The translations under genes were made by a program, and so were the position numbers. DNA of 63,718 bases, counting the filler, from Choristocarpus tenellus KU-1152 (Eukaryota; Protista; Phaeophyceae), in assembly GCA_964200185.2 (NCBI GenBank). It is 8 parts of 8 records of this genome, joined end to end, with 100 filler letters (N's around TTAATTAATTAA, not from the genome) between each part and the next. Parts side by side here need not be neighbours in the genome. Positions count along the whole stretch, not along the records: positions 1 to 21,304 come from CAXNAD020000351.1; 7 more parts are not named here. The stretch is one strand, 5' to 3'. Of this stretch, positions 1 to 13,900 are shown one piece after another (the stretch's first letter is position 1; each line of letters begins with the position of its first letter). Under the pieces are notes generated by a model. That model saw only the letters and a list, made by a program, of their open reading frames with translations. It did no database searches and had not been told where the DNA came from.

Positions 1-1171
1 GGTCTCCCCCATCAGCGTAGTCCATGACAATGCACAAAGTATCCCGCGTGGGTCCCTGAGGGAAGCTCTCCCAGTACCGTACGATGTTAGGGTGGCAAAA
101 GGTGGATAGCAGCAGGGCCTCTCGGCGGGCCTGAGCAGGTAGGTAACAAGGGCCATCGCAGTGGGACAGAAAGCATGTTTGCATAAGAAAAGCACAACGT
201 GCATCGAGGCATGGGCTTGGGGATGTCTTCGGCAGTGGAAGAGAGAAAGGCAGTCATTTGGATCTGATGTGAATTCTTGGGGAAGGAGCCAGGAACGTAG
301 AACGGAAAACGTGAGAGATTTGTCGCTTGCAATAGCTTGGGGATCAGGAAATAGGTGATGTAGACAGAGAATTTTCGTGCATGCCCATGAGATTATCCCT
401 TGCAATTAAAAAAAAAATCAAGTTTGAAACAATTCTGGAGAAAATGAGAAGAAAACATTGTAAAATGGCATCTTTGCCATCAAGGCGCCGGGAAGAGCAG
501 AAGGTTTCTCCTGTGACAATGGGTCTCATCACTCTCTGACTGGGGTAGGCATAGGCCAAGGGTAGAGAGAGGGGTTGTAACGTATCCAGACTGATGACTA
601 GATCAATACAACACATATCTATCCCCAATGTCAACCCACCTCACTTCTCTGCCGAGCACCAAGTTTGGTCATGTCGATCTGCTTTATGATGCATGCCTGT
701 TACAGACAAGTTGGTTGGGAGGAATGTTAGACAGCAAGGCATCCTTGGGGGCATCAATAAGGGATTGATCGCATTCTCAGCAACTAAAACTAGACGCAAT
801 CGTTGCCTTACGACTCTATGTAGAGCAGAGCAAGACCTTCCCATTCAGTCCTGCTAAGTTAAGGTTTACAATAGACCCTCAAACACATGTTACCCTTGCC
901 AATGAGCACACACGTACACTGTAACAGCGCTTGTAGGATACACAAGGTTCAGACGAATCTTGACAAGATACGGAAGTTATTTTGGTCACCCATACACAGA
1001 CTACTCCTATATCAGACATCAAGTCAGATATAGGAGAGAACATACAGAGGAGTGATTAGTTTTTCCTTTTTCTTGCTTCTTTCACACCTTATTGTCACTG
1101 CACCGTCTGCATAGGAGTGCCTTTCCGAAGCTTCCCTGCCCCACAATCCTTGTAATGCTGTATTGGTCCAT
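1..1171 (-). CDS. NIMA-related (NEK-type) Ser/Thr protein kinase, 5' part; exons 1171-1088, 696-640, 130-<1
   Basis: Spliced translation MDQYSITRIVGQGSFGKALLCRRCSDNK|ACIIKQIDMTKLGARQRSE|ARREALLLSTFCHPNIVRYWESFPQGPTRDTLCIVMDYADGGD. It has the Gly-rich loop, subdomain II Lys, alphaC Glu, HPNIV and the CIVMDYADGGD segment typical of NEK kinases. GT-AG introns keep the frame; the gene runs off the window start. Confidence 0.9.
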
Positions 1172-2526
1172 ATTCCTGTAGAGGTAGCAGCCTACGCAAT
1201 CGCACTTGCACAATTAACCCACCAGTAGCTACGATGGATGAGGAATTACTTGAGCTAGCTCGTTTAAATTAATCTTCTATTCAGTGGCACTGCCCCTTCC
1301 ACTTTCTCTTTTCTAGCTTCCAAAAGTATCTATTTGAGGTGGCGAAAGATCAGCAACTGAGTCAACAATGGCACACACACAACTCGTTGTTGACGTCATG
1401 CAAAATTCCAGTGCTGGTTCTACACGCCACCATGCACCTCCTTAGCACCTGTCCAAAGTAAAAATACAGGTATGCACCGCCACAGATTTGACGGATATAA
1501 AGTTAATGGAGAATTTGCCTGTCAAGACAGTCAGACCAGTTCGAACTGGGGCTCGAGGGGTCTCGTTTACGACATGGACACAGACAAAATCGCTGAATCC
1601 CTGCCAGTGAGGAGATTTGGAACGAGCGAAGAGATCTGACTTGGATTGTCCATAAGCAATGTGACACTCTGCTTCAGGGTAGAAATGAGGTCATGACCGA
1701 CAACAAGAAAGGACAAAAGACCCGCCTATTATCTCAACAAGACCGATGATAAGGAGGGGAAAGATAAAGAGCAAATACAAACGACGGCCTATTGAAAAGG
1801 GAGGGCAGACTAGTGCAGGCGAAGGAGAGCAACCAAAGGGGAGTAGGTGCGGCAACCAGCAAGTACAGAGCATCTCAAGCAATAGTCGAGGAGGTCAGAG
1901 TTCATGTCCTGGGACAGGGTGGAAAGAGGAGATGTTGATACACTGTAGAATACAAGCCTTCCCACACCTTTCGATAGCACAAACGAGCTATAGGATTCAC
2001 AATTGAGAGGGCGCACTCAATTCAACGATTCATGGCCAGCACCATTCCATCTGTTGTGGGAAGGTGGTTGATCGTTGATCCATTACACTTCTGGACTAAT
2101 TTTCTCAACCTCTCTCCACTTTTTTTGAATTTTGGTTTTTCGTATGTACTCTATTTGATATAGGATGTTTATTAGTGTTATCAAAGACATACATACAACA
2201 ACACTATTCATGTAATCCAAATCTTTTTAATAAACTTCTTTTTGAATAAACACGTAAACGACGAAGGTTTGTATAAGTTAGAAGGCCTCCTATTCCCATT
2301 TTCTTTTGCATTGTAGTTCAATACATTGTCGTATATCTCTTCTGTCACACCTTACTAAACAATTCTAGAGACGGTGTGGTTTTAGGTAACTACTCTCCTT
2401 TCGTCAGTGTCTCCGTGTCTCTCTTCGAAGTTTAGTTCACTCACAAAACTACCCCCTTTACACGCGTTGGGTACTCAGAGCTGGTTTCAAATAATCTCAA
2501 GTCCCGACCTGTGGTATCAAGGAAAC

Positions 2527-5500
2527 ATGGGATCATGTGAGGATTCTGACCAGCTTCAAGTACTTAATCATGTGAGTAATAAATTGCTCAACGAGCTGAG
2601 GGACATATTCTAGAATAGAGATGTAACAATTTCCCTACAGTGTAGCTTGAAAGGCTTATGTTTGGCATTTCATTGCGTTCGTTGCCTTAATATGCCACGA
2701 TATGCCAGGATGATGTGTTGTGTCGGTTGCGGGCTGCTCTTCCCCCGGAGAACGAGAAATGGTGGGCGTTTTACAGCTCAGTCTACAACGGCGTTGTGAC
2801 AGACCCTACCCTCATGTTGTTGCCAATAGACGACCATATGGTGCATCGAGGGCATGCAGGTGAGTTGGTTAGCAACTTCAATGCATGTGTTATGGCACCA
2901 TTGGGGTTCCTTCATGCATTTCACTTGCCGAGATGAACCTTTGCGAGGAGTTGATTCTCTTTCCAATATGTCTGCTTGCCGTTGTTATAAGTGAACATGC
3001 TATAGCCGCTCTTAGAGGAATGCTGAATGTTCAATACGTATTTTTTGTCCAGATTAATACCCACTCGCTGCATGGTGGTATATATCTTGTTGGTATATTC
3101 TTGTCCCTTACACAGAGCATTGGGATGGCTTGCAACTATACACCCTTTCTAAAACGAACCCGAAGCTCTGCAAACATGCTTCGAGAACATAGCATAGTGG
3201 CCTTGGGATATTTATGTATATATATATTATGTATCGTAGGGTCAGTGCCATGTCTTTAAGTTGACAGTGGCTAAGAAGGTGGTCAGACAGAACAACTAGG
3301 CATCACTTGTAAAAAAGAGTACAGTAAGACGGGGGTGACTTTTCATGTGAAGCAAATAATTTGCAACCCAGCAAACACCAGTGTACATTAATCTCCTACA
3401 CCCATATACTTACTACTTCATACTTTCGTGCCAACGTCAGTTTTCGACACTTGCAATGTCAAGAATGGTCGTGCCTACGGTCTTGACTTCCATCTCGATC
3501 GATTCCTCAGAAGTGCCACTGCGGCACGGATCAAACACACCTACACCAAGGAGAAGCTACGATCGATCATAATTGGAACTATTGCTGCTGGAGGGCGAAG
3601 ACTCAAGGGGCAGTCCTTTGTTCGCTACTGGCTGAGCGCTGGAAGGTCAAGAGTTTGCCTCTAACCAGTTGCTGATGTATCTTCATGCCTGTGCTAGAAC
3701 TGATTTTGATGAGTGGTTGGGGCTTTGGAGGGGAAGTGTTTCTCCAGAAGTTGGTTCTTCATGCAGGTCTGCGCTAGAGCTACTTCGAGAAAGTTTCCAC
3801 AGAAATAGTTGACCCAACTGTGTGCGCTTTTGAAAGCTTGGGAATGGACTGCCGCCATTGTATTCTCAGCACGTTTATCCAATCCAGCTGCAAATTGTCA
3901 TGCATAGTGCACTAAACAACGTGTCCTATTTTACCTAGTGCAATCGAGAGTTAGGATGAGAAACGATCGGATCGTATGGTCTCTGTGAAAAAGGTGGTTG
4001 TACATATCGAAGCAAATATTGTACCTCATATATCCAAGCCCGTGCCGGTGTGGATAAGACTGGATGCTGTGCTTGGCTGTGGCATTTCTTACTCTTACAC
4101 ACAGAATTTTCCATGCACTGGATCTTCTGGAATGATGGTGGTGGTTGTGGTGGGGGATCAATGTTCTTGCTCGCCGTATATATAGCTTGGTGATTTTCAT
4201 TTTTGCTCCCTTTTTTTTTTTTGCAATCACTATTCCCTCTCGATCGCAATCTGTCAAAGAAGATCAACCTCCGCCTTCAAGATCCAAATTACCAGATACA
4301 CTGCATATCCTTTTTTCGTGCTTCTTGTAAAAGAGGAGACTTTGGTATACTACCTTGCGAGGATGGAGGCGGAGCAAACTTGTACGTTGTGGTGCATGAC
4401 TTTGGCGTTGGCCATACCTGTGAACCTGCAAAAGAACATATTGTTGATGTCCCCATGAAGCCCAAGCTCCTGGCTTCTATGAAGTCCAACAACTACCTTC
4501 TCAATGCACTCACTGCCATGACATCACAGGTCACAGTCTGAGCTGGTGTGGGGTGAAGGTGTTGCTGTGTGTGCAGGTGTTTCTTTTTATTGAGAATGTG
4601 TGTGGAGGGTATTTAGCTTGGGCCGTCTGCCCTGTTGCTACAGCTGTAGAGGGATGGAAGGAAACACTCGTGACCTCCGTGCAATCAATTTATATTTATT
4701 TGTGTTGCATTTAAGTTTGAAGATTTTTCGCTGACACCCTCTTCTACGTTCGTGAACTTTGTTGCCTTCTCAAATGCTTGCCTCCCCTACCCCCTTTTCC
4801 TGAGTCGGAAGGAGATTGTTGTCAGACGGTTAGGTGCCACCAAATTGCTAGAGCTCCACTGACTCGTTGTTCGTTTTTGGGGTGCTGAAGTAGTAAGTGG
4901 TACAATATTGAGTCAAGGGGTTCCCTGTCAATATGTTGATCATATTTAGTGGTCCATGAATTTGACAAGGGCATACCAAGTCATTTGATGAGTAGAAGAG
5001 ATGGCGGTGCATTCTTATTAACTAGATATATCCCAAGCCTTACCATCTTGCACTACCTCACTCAGTACTTCTGTTACCCACCCCTTACCTCATCCTCCTT
5101 TGACCCCACTGATCCTTTTCAGGATAAAGGAGGGTCATATGGTATACAGGTTGACTCAGAGGGCAATGTTGGTGAGACATGCACAGGCAATGTGGTCATA
5201 GTGGACAAAGCTGGAGTGCTTCGGACTCCAACATTTGATGGGACGATCCTTCCGGGAACAACATTACAGCGGGCATTTGCCCTGGCTCCTAAGCTTGTGG
5301 AGGTGATGTTCTGGTGGTTCAAAACATTTCAAATCCTTCAAAGCATAGGATCATGTTATTTGACACCTCAAATGTGAGTGAGGCCTGACCTCCTTCTGTC
5401 ACCTTTATGAGGTACAAGTGCCATGTATATTTCACACTTTCGGCAGCATCCGTTCTTCACATGGAAAACCCAAACATGTAAGGGAGTCTAACCTACATTT

Positions 5501-6127
5501 GTGTCTTGTGGTGGCAACACTATGTATGTTCCAGGATGGTCTACTGAGTGACTTTGAGTTTTGCACTGTACCAGCTGCTACTCTCCACCTAGCAACAGAG
5601 GTGGTGATCCTAGGAGGGGGAGGAATAGTACCAGTTGTCGAGGTGGATGGAAAGCCTGTGGGAGGGGGTGAAAGTACCCCGGAACCAGGGCCTGTCTTCT
5701 TGGCACTGTTTAAGTTGCTGGATGCAGGTGAGGACTTGGTTGACAAAGGTAAACCACCCTGCCACAACCGTCTATGTCCCAATTTTCTGGCTAATTGGGG
5801 GTGAAGTAGTGGGGCTTGTTCAAGCCACGTTCTCCTCTACAGTCTTGGACATAAAGGGTGAGGAAGTATGACCTGCTGTATATTCTGTATAAGGGTTGGA
5901 TCTCTACACCATGTGTGTAGTGTGCTACTGTGGTTCCTCATAAGCCCTCTCAAAATGTCAAGTATGGAGTGTTGGTAAGGCTGAAGCATGTCCAGCACTG
6001 ACGACTCTCTTGCCTTGTTGTTCCTCCTCGTGCTCTCCATAAAATCGATGCTTTGAACTCTTTTTGCTTAGACATGGATGGAGACGAGTTCACTGATGAA
6101 GTGCCATATCATCAATATCAGAAGTGA
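2527..6127 (+). CDS. PLP-dependent aminotransferase class IV (D-amino-acid aminotransferase / 4-amino-4-deoxychorismate lyase-like); exons 2527-2571, 2709-2859, 3441-3645, 4334-4529, 5123-5302, 5535-5727, 6072-6127
   Basis: Phase-consistent GT-AG exons give AFYSSV..DPTLMLLPIDDHMVHRGHAVFDT..LDFHLDRFLRSA..RYWLSAGRGDF..MKSNNYLLN (catalytic Lys)..GETCTGN..ILPGTT..PVVEVDG..EVPY, the motif set of plant-type D-AAT/ADC lyase. Confidence 0.9.
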
Positions 6128-7273
6128 TAAATGCACATCATGGGGCCTCACAGGTTCCTGTTATGTGTCATCTTCTACCACTACACCCCAAATGTGGCAT
6201 GCAGTGTTTTTGACTGGGTGATCGTTAATTGCAATGAGTCAACACCCTGCTGAAGACACCTCCTGGCAAAATCCCTTCAACTTGAATTTTTGCCTGGGAA
6301 CTGGTTTATAACTTTAATGTTCACCCAAGAGGTAATGTACCTTGCAGCAGTATGTAACTGAATTGATTTGTGGGTTTCAGGTGAAAAACTTGATCCACTA
6401 ACCGATCATCTGTCTCTGTGCCATGTGTGTGTTACAAGTACAAACCCTCATTGCTACATGTCTGCCAATGCCGATCACTGAAAAGGAATGAGGTGTGGTT
6501 GGGGCAAGGTGGCACTTCATTGTTTCTTGCAACGTGTAAGTATTGAGCTGGTTCTAGCTCACTGTTACAAACAGTGTACCGGTGGGTCTACATATCAACC
6601 GTTTCCTCATCTCACATCTTGTGTGTTTACATTACTCATACCGGCTCTTTGTATTGCACATGTGCTCACATCAACCCCACACATGCCTATCTTAACTTTA
6701 ACTGCGGTGTTGTCGATATGTGTCCATATGCTGGCTCTAACCAGCTCCATACTTGTACATGGTCTTTGGTCTTACACCTTACATCTATCTGTGTTCTAAT
6801 AATGGAAGTTTCACAACCTTTGTAGTGTTACTCTACAACATGATAAAATGCATGCTATTTTTATACATGCTGCAGAGTCACAGAAATGCAAAGAATGGGA
6901 AAAGAAGTCTTGATCTCACTGGCCTTGAGATACTCCGTACCATTTATATTACAAAAAGAGTACAAACTCTACATCTGTTTTATGCAGAAATATTGCTAGT
7001 GGGCTGGTCGCTCCAGGAAAGGTCCACATATTAAATTTAACTTCTCAGCACAGTCACCAGAGTAAGAACAACTATTTATTGTTTGAGCACACAGATATTT
7101 AACTAGAGACAATATACAATAATCATTCGTTCCAGTATGCATGTAACAATTCGACCCTTTTTGAGTTTGATACCAATATGGATACTTCAGTCTGTCAAGG
7201 TTGAGCTTAGACTTGAAATTACAGTACTATTCTTATTAAGATGCACAAAATCAACATTGAAGTAAGTGTCGTT

Positions 7274-10200
7274 TCACCACTCAAGTCGAGGAATAGTCCA
7301 TGTTGGGGTTACACCCTCCTTTCTAAAAACCTCACAAAGGGCATGAGTTGAAATTGAAAAGGGAGATGTTCCTTTTGCAGCATCAACCCCAAGCTCCTTG
7401 CCATGGATACCACCAGCCACAAAAAGTGAGTCCACCCCTGATGTCTCTGCTCCAACAATGTCATGAGCCAAGCTGTCACCCACCTGAGAAGCAGTTGTGT
7501 AGCAAGGGGACCACACAAGCATGCGAGTATGTGGGAGGTAAAGGAAAGAGGGCAGGATGGGGAGTACACCCGAAGGTAGCTCTCAATCCATTACACCATG
7601 ATTGCACACATTAGGTATGATGTACTCCTAAACACTATGCATATCAAATGTGAAGCTTGAAGCAGGGGTCTGATGCAGGGAAAACCATGTTTCATGTATG
7701 GGCACTGTGCAAAGAGATGTGGAGGTCCCCACCTAGGTTCTTTCAAGTACAGAAATGAAAGCCCACAGATCGTTAATCCTGCGCTATCATACACATTCAT
7801 TGGTGTGTTCTATGCAGGTAGTGCATAAATACCACGAGAAATTGTGTACTAAACACGCAGTTTTCCCATCACGCTACCTCAATAACGCATCATGTCACTG
7901 AGAGAAGTAACAGGAATATGAATGTCAGTGCATGGATTGTGTGCATGATCAACCCCTTTCCCCTTACAGAATAAATGATGGTAGCATTGTTATTGGCATT
8001 CAAAATAAAGAGTGAAGGAGGGACACACTACCCACATGTACTATCCTCTCCTTGGGCAGTGCCATCTTGTCCACGGCTGCTTGATAGTGCTCCTACACAT
8101 GGAGTCACAAAGGATAGGAATTTGTACCGCAAGGCAATCCCGGTATGGGGGGCAAAACGTATTTTCAGTTTCAGGGTTAGGATTAGGTTCAGGGTGTTCT
8201 ATGTCAGTAAGGAGGAGGGGTTGAAGAACGAGGGGAGGCAAACTGACTCAGACAGAGAGGGTGAGTGAGGCCTACAACAAACAAAATATGTAGGGGAAAG
8301 AAGTAGGCTGCATACCTCTTGTACAGGACGCTAGGAAAGGGGATGAGGCACCTGGCTATTTAAGTCAGTATAATGGATCAAATAGAGTACCTCACTTGTT
8401 TTGCAAAGCAGCCCACAGCCTGGGTGTGCACAACGCAGTGACTTTCTGCTCTTGGTGTCAGCTTTGCGAGGTAAGATGGTTACACACAAACACACACAGC
8501 CTGGCATTTGCTTTCCAAAGTTCTCCAGGCCTGTAATACCATAAACAAATATTTGACCACTTGCCGGACAAAATTTAAAAGACCCACCCAATCGAACCAC
8601 ATGAATGCAGCTAATGTTGTGATAGTTCATTATCCCCTAAATTGATGTATAGCTCACCACGTAAGGTTTCCCGAAAAAGCGAACTTCGCCACCCATGGCT
8701 TTGTACCTCATTGCTAGTAACCCTGGCATGTACCAAAGACCCCCTTCTGGACTGTTCACGGTTATGTCCGGGTTGACATTGATCATCGGCAGCCCACGCT
8801 CAATACCCACCTATGTTCAGAGGCACAGAAAGGGAAAAGGGAGAAGCCCACTGCATCAAGTACCTACAAATATTGCTCAGTAGGCACTGTTGAATGTACA
8901 CAGCAATCACAGGGGTACTGCAAATAGAATGCAGAAATCTCCACTGAGTGCATGAGATTCTCATTATCAATACAAGTGAAGAGGCTGTGATTTTTAGTTA
9001 TCACTACGCACAAAATACCAAAGAGCAAGCACTCTTGTACTTTGTGGGGTAAGATCACATGATCTGACAAAGGAGATATATTCGTATCCAATATTATGCA
9101 AGGTCGACAAGAAATGAGCAACTAACATTCCTTTCTTACTCACAGCACCTTGAAAACCTCTTCATAAGTATCTACTTCTCCTGAATTCCTCATCCCAGTC
9201 TTTTTGGTACCATTGTCATCCACAATTGTGTCAGGACCATGGCAAAGTAGGAAGTCCGCCTCGCTGGGAGAACTGTAGTCAAGACCCAGGGCCTAATTTC
9301 CAAGAAATGGGCAACATTGAGACAAGGTAAGGGGCAGGTCAAACAGAGTCAGAGAAAGCAAGACATACATGAAGAGGATCTAGTTTCACACGGTCTTCTC
9401 ATAAACCGGTTGAATCCACCTCTATCCCAGGAGTTCAGAGTCAACTGGCTTGAAAAAGCAATACGATGTGAATATAGAGGATCTCCACCAATCTCTGTGG
9501 GATGCACTTTGAGGAATGGAACAGGGAAATAAAATACTAATGTAGATCCTCCAACCTACTGAAAAGTGCACAAACTCAAAGATATTAATAGAAATTATTG
9601 TCAGAATAACTAGTAATTCTGCAACAGGTATACTTCAAGAAACAGGAGGTATAAACATTGATGTAGTACGGTACCACATGAGATTGATATCAATGTTGCA
9701 ACTCACCCAAAGCACATAAAAGGCACGTGAAATTGTCCTGCAGGTACCCACCTCTAAAAATCCATCTGAGTCAGCTCCATTCCATCCCAGTAGGACTGTT
9801 TTTTTCCCAGCCAGGTCATTCTTCATCATATACTGAAAGCCCTCCTGGGTTAGGGGAAGGACACAGATGCAGAGTTGCGTGATCAGCCGATGTTAACAGC
9901 TGTAGAGTCTCAACTAGTGAACCGGCAGTCTGATCCTTTGAAAATAGAATTAAGAGATAAAGATGAATTGTGAGAGCTTAACATATTCATATAGACCAAA
10001 CCCCACATATTCATTTGAGTACTTGAGATGCATCAGTCTCCAGTGTCGAGTTTAGGTCGATGTTGCGGTTGTATGCTTACGCACCGAGGAGGATGCAGTC
10101 ACCCCAGCACAACTCCCAACACCATATATCACTCCAATAACCAACCACCCATGCCACCCCCAAGGCTGACCTCGCCAGAAGTAACACCTCCCTCGAACAT

Positions 10201-10691
10201 ATCAGGAGTGAACCCGTAATTAGGTAGACGGTTCATCGTGAACGCCTCCCTCTTTGAGGTGTTGCTCAGAATCACGAGACGCTTCCCTCGTTGTTTTAAC
10301 TCTTCCAAGCATACAACCGCCCCAGGGAGTGCATCCCGCCCGTCTGATGCAAGAGGGTGTCAAGATGTGTGCGAATTTGGTGTCATAGCGGCTGACGTCT
10401 GACTGCAGCAAGCAATATACATCATCCAGGCTAACATTCACACTTGAATCACCTACCGTGCAGCACCCCAAATTGGTCTAGGATGAAGCCATCGTATTTT
10501 TCAGCCAGTTCTCGCACCCCAGCAAGAATTTGGGAAGACTTTGTAGTCATGCTGAGGCCCCTTCCTTTCTGATAGCAGGAGATTTGCCAGCCTCCAACAG
10601 GCAAGGATCTTGCAACAGAAAACGAGAATCCTCGAGTGAGGGAAGGAAGTAAGGCTAGAGTTCCTACCAGGCAAGGGCGAAAGCTGGCCAT
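7274..10691 (-). CDS. HAD-superfamily subfamily IIA hydrolase with bipartite plastid-targeting presequence; exons 10691-10457, 10343-10171, 9844-9752, 9292-9149, 8810-8658, 8092-8036, 7483-7274
   Basis: Motif I FILDQFGVLHDG, motif II ILSNTSKR, VTSGE, NVNPD, MPGLLA, motif III FGKP and motif IV VGDSLAHDIVGA..GGIH. The N-terminus MASFRPCLVGTLALLPSLTRG-FSFS resembles a signal peptide followed by a Phe-initiated transit peptide. Confidence 0.9.
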
Positions 10692-10915
10692 TCCACTCTT
10701 GCCCTGGTTGTGCACCGTTCTGCGCGCACCTCTCCATGTTGTGTTCAATCCTATCAAGAACGAACCTATATTTTTTAGTTTTAAATATTTGTACCTCTCA
10801 ATATTGTATGATGCGACGATCACATTAACCTCATCAATATTTACAATCAACTAACTTCCCATCGACATAAGTTACTTGACAATCTACAGAGTGTACCCTA
10901 ACAGAGAAACGACGA
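10692..10915. promoter_or_regulatory. Putative bidirectional promoter between the HAD-IIA and 2OG oxygenase genes
   Basis: Divergent start codons only 224 bp apart, with an AT-rich spacer. Function is inferred from geometry only. Confidence 0.5.
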
Positions 10916-13900
10916 ATGCCAAAGAAAGGAAAGCGAGCGTCAGGTGGGGAAGGGGGTTCTGATATTGCTAGGCGACGGTCGATTCCTGAAGAACCACTCC
11001 GACGATGCAGAGTTTCAGGTCCTCTTGTCATTCCCCCAACCACTCAAGCATCCTCCAAGGGACGGGGTCAGACCACTAAAAGTCATGTGAATCTCGACCT
11101 GGAGTCGATTCGTGTGTACCAGGAAATCATATTCAGGTGACGTCCACTTTCCAGGCTGACCCTGTCTGTTCGAGGCAAGATAATCAACAAGAAGTGGTGC
11201 TATGAGAGCCTGACCTCCCAAACTTAAGCCGATCTTTCGCATGACATTGGGATTTGGGGTCCTCTGTGCTCAATATTCACGTTTTTCTAGAGACTCCAAC
11301 AATGTTCAGAGTTTTCATTAAAACCTCTACCTTATTTCAATTTCGCTATCTCGATGTACATCAGGCTGAACTGCTATTAAAAGTAAAATGTTACTGCTTG
11401 TATCTTGCCCCCATCGTGTGTTTGGTGTAGATCCAGTTGTGCTAGGGTAAAATCGATATCTACTTTAGCTGTATATAGTCTTGCCTTGTGACACCACCCC
11501 ATGCCCTGAGTTGAAACTGCACGGTCGAGTCTAGATTCACAAACTCTTCCCACTGGAAAATGATTTTTTGCGCTTTTGCAAGAGCGAAAGCAATGCATTC
11601 AGAAAGTACGTACCCCGTTCTTGTTCTTTGCAGCATCAGTGACTTGCTGGTGAAAAAAGAGTGCAGAGCGTGGATGGCATTTGGGGAGGAACATGGCTTT
11701 TCCCTAAGCTTCCACAGAGCCACGTCTGAGATGGCCCACCGTGATAATGGTCGCATCACCCTTCACAATCCCAGTGTGGCGGCGGCATTGTGGGCTAGGG
11801 TTGGCCCGTTTGTACCTGCTGTAATGGATGGAAGGTTTGTTTCTATTGTGCGCCTCGACGCCTACCTCTGCTTTCCTGTCTTGCGTTTTCCGTTGTGCAA
11901 GTTTGCACGGAGATAATTAACCAAGAAACAAACTGGGTTCATTAATGCATCTACAACCAAGTGTACTGATACTCCTCAGTGAATAGAAGCATCAGTCTTA
12001 GCGCAACGAACTCGTCCCATTGTGTCGTCTTCTTCAAGAGACCACTGCTGTGTAACACATGATCGCTCGTTCTTTCTTTTTCAAATCCAATCCCCTACCG
12101 ACAATTCTGTGAAGGACAGCAACAGGGTGTAATGCTAACATCAGACTCTACCGATACACAGTGGGGCAGCGGTTTGGCAAGCATATTGACGAGAGTGTGG
12201 AAGATGAAAATGGGCATATTAGTAAGTGGACAGTGTTAGTGTACCTCAATGGTGGAGAAGGGACGGGCGAGGAAGGGGCAGGAGCAGGTGATGGCAATGA
12301 TGGCAGAGCTGGGACAGTCCTTCAGGGAGGGGAAACAGTCTTCTACAAGGTAAAATACTGAGTGGTTTCCGGTTATTGGGGTGCCTATATAAACTTCATG
12401 TAAAGTAAAGATCTGGCGAGTAACATGGAGTTTTCATAAGGAAATGCATGGCGTGTTATGATGTTTCTGTCTTCTTTGTGTGCTCCCTTAGAGGTCTAGA
12501 GTACAAATTTATGCATAGTCCACTGGTGAAATTCTTTGTGCTGGATGTTAAAGAGATGATGATGTGACTGTCAAAAGATTAGTGGGGGAGGATTGGGCTG
12601 CAGTAAGGGTTCATTCCTATGACTCCTGATGACCACTTGTACGTGACTACTATTTCTCTCAATGGGTGAATTTTGATGCCATGCTAAAACAGATTGGAGG
12701 TTTTCATAAACAGGCCATTCACATTGGCACATTGGATAGTTACACTTGGCTAGCTGATCCGCCCAGGCTCACTCTAGATACTACTACCTAGGCTATAGAA
12801 ATACGCTGCAAGCCCACCAAGGGATATAACCCTTGCAATATTTGACTGGCTGTGGTTAAAATGGCTACAATTCAATTGAGTCCTCAAGACCTGACCATAG
12901 GATAGGGCACAGGGTGGTAGTATTTACCCAAGAGGCTGATTTTAGTTGTGAGGAGCAGCATGGTCCGCATCCAGGAGGATACTAGGTGAGCACCAAGTTG
13001 GTCATACCAGCATGCCATCAAGGAGCAAAGCTGATGAGAACATACCCAGGGGAGGCACAGACAGAGGAAGAGGTCCTGCAAGTACATATCAATTTCCTAG
13101 TGTTGAACTTTGACACCACACGAATTGCACCGAGAAGAAGAGAAGGTCCTCAGGCAAGACCAGTTACAGAGCCCAAGGGTTGCCCACACCAACTTGAGAC
13201 AAAGCACAGTGAAAAAGGACAGCATGCAGGCCCTCTCGTGCAGGGTGTGTCGAAATTCCAGTGAACAGAAGACACCAGGAGCAGATGGTGGATGCTCTAT
13301 GGAATCTGGCCAGGGTCTACATAATAGATAGATCGGACCCATTCCAGGGAGTAGGTCAAGGCCCAATCATTCAAGCTGGTCAACATGGAAAACGGTGCTG
13401 CTGCCCATGGTTGGGTGCATCTCATTAGAAAAGTCATCAAGAATCACATGGCCACCAGCCATCTAGACAGTATTTTCTGTCTCAAGGGTGAGGGAGAAGA
13501 CCGAAAGCTGGTAGCCCTGGCCAACCAAGTCGGTTATGGTCTGTGGATTTGAGGGATAAGGTGCCTGTGGAAGTGAAATGGAAACCTGACACCAAGAACC
13601 CTGGTGACATATTCGACCTCGTACTCTATCAAGCTGTTTCACACTCCAGAAGACTCGATGGAGACCTCTTAGAACACTAGTGAACCCCTGTGTCTACTGA
13701 GCAGGTAGTCAGCTGACTTTCTCCTCGGTGGACACAGGGGTTAACTAGTGTTCTAACAAGAGCTAATCCTGGGGATTGCAAACTGTTCAGCTGACTACCT
13801 GCTCTCCCTCTAATCAGTGACCAACTTCTGCAGGGCAGTTACTAATGTGAGGTTGTGTATCCTGACGGCGTGCCTAGTGTTCTAACAAGACCCAGACCAG

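Noticed and set aside
8168-8196. Telomere-like TTAGGG-type words
   Set aside because: A few degenerate units inside an intron; too short to support a telomeric feature.
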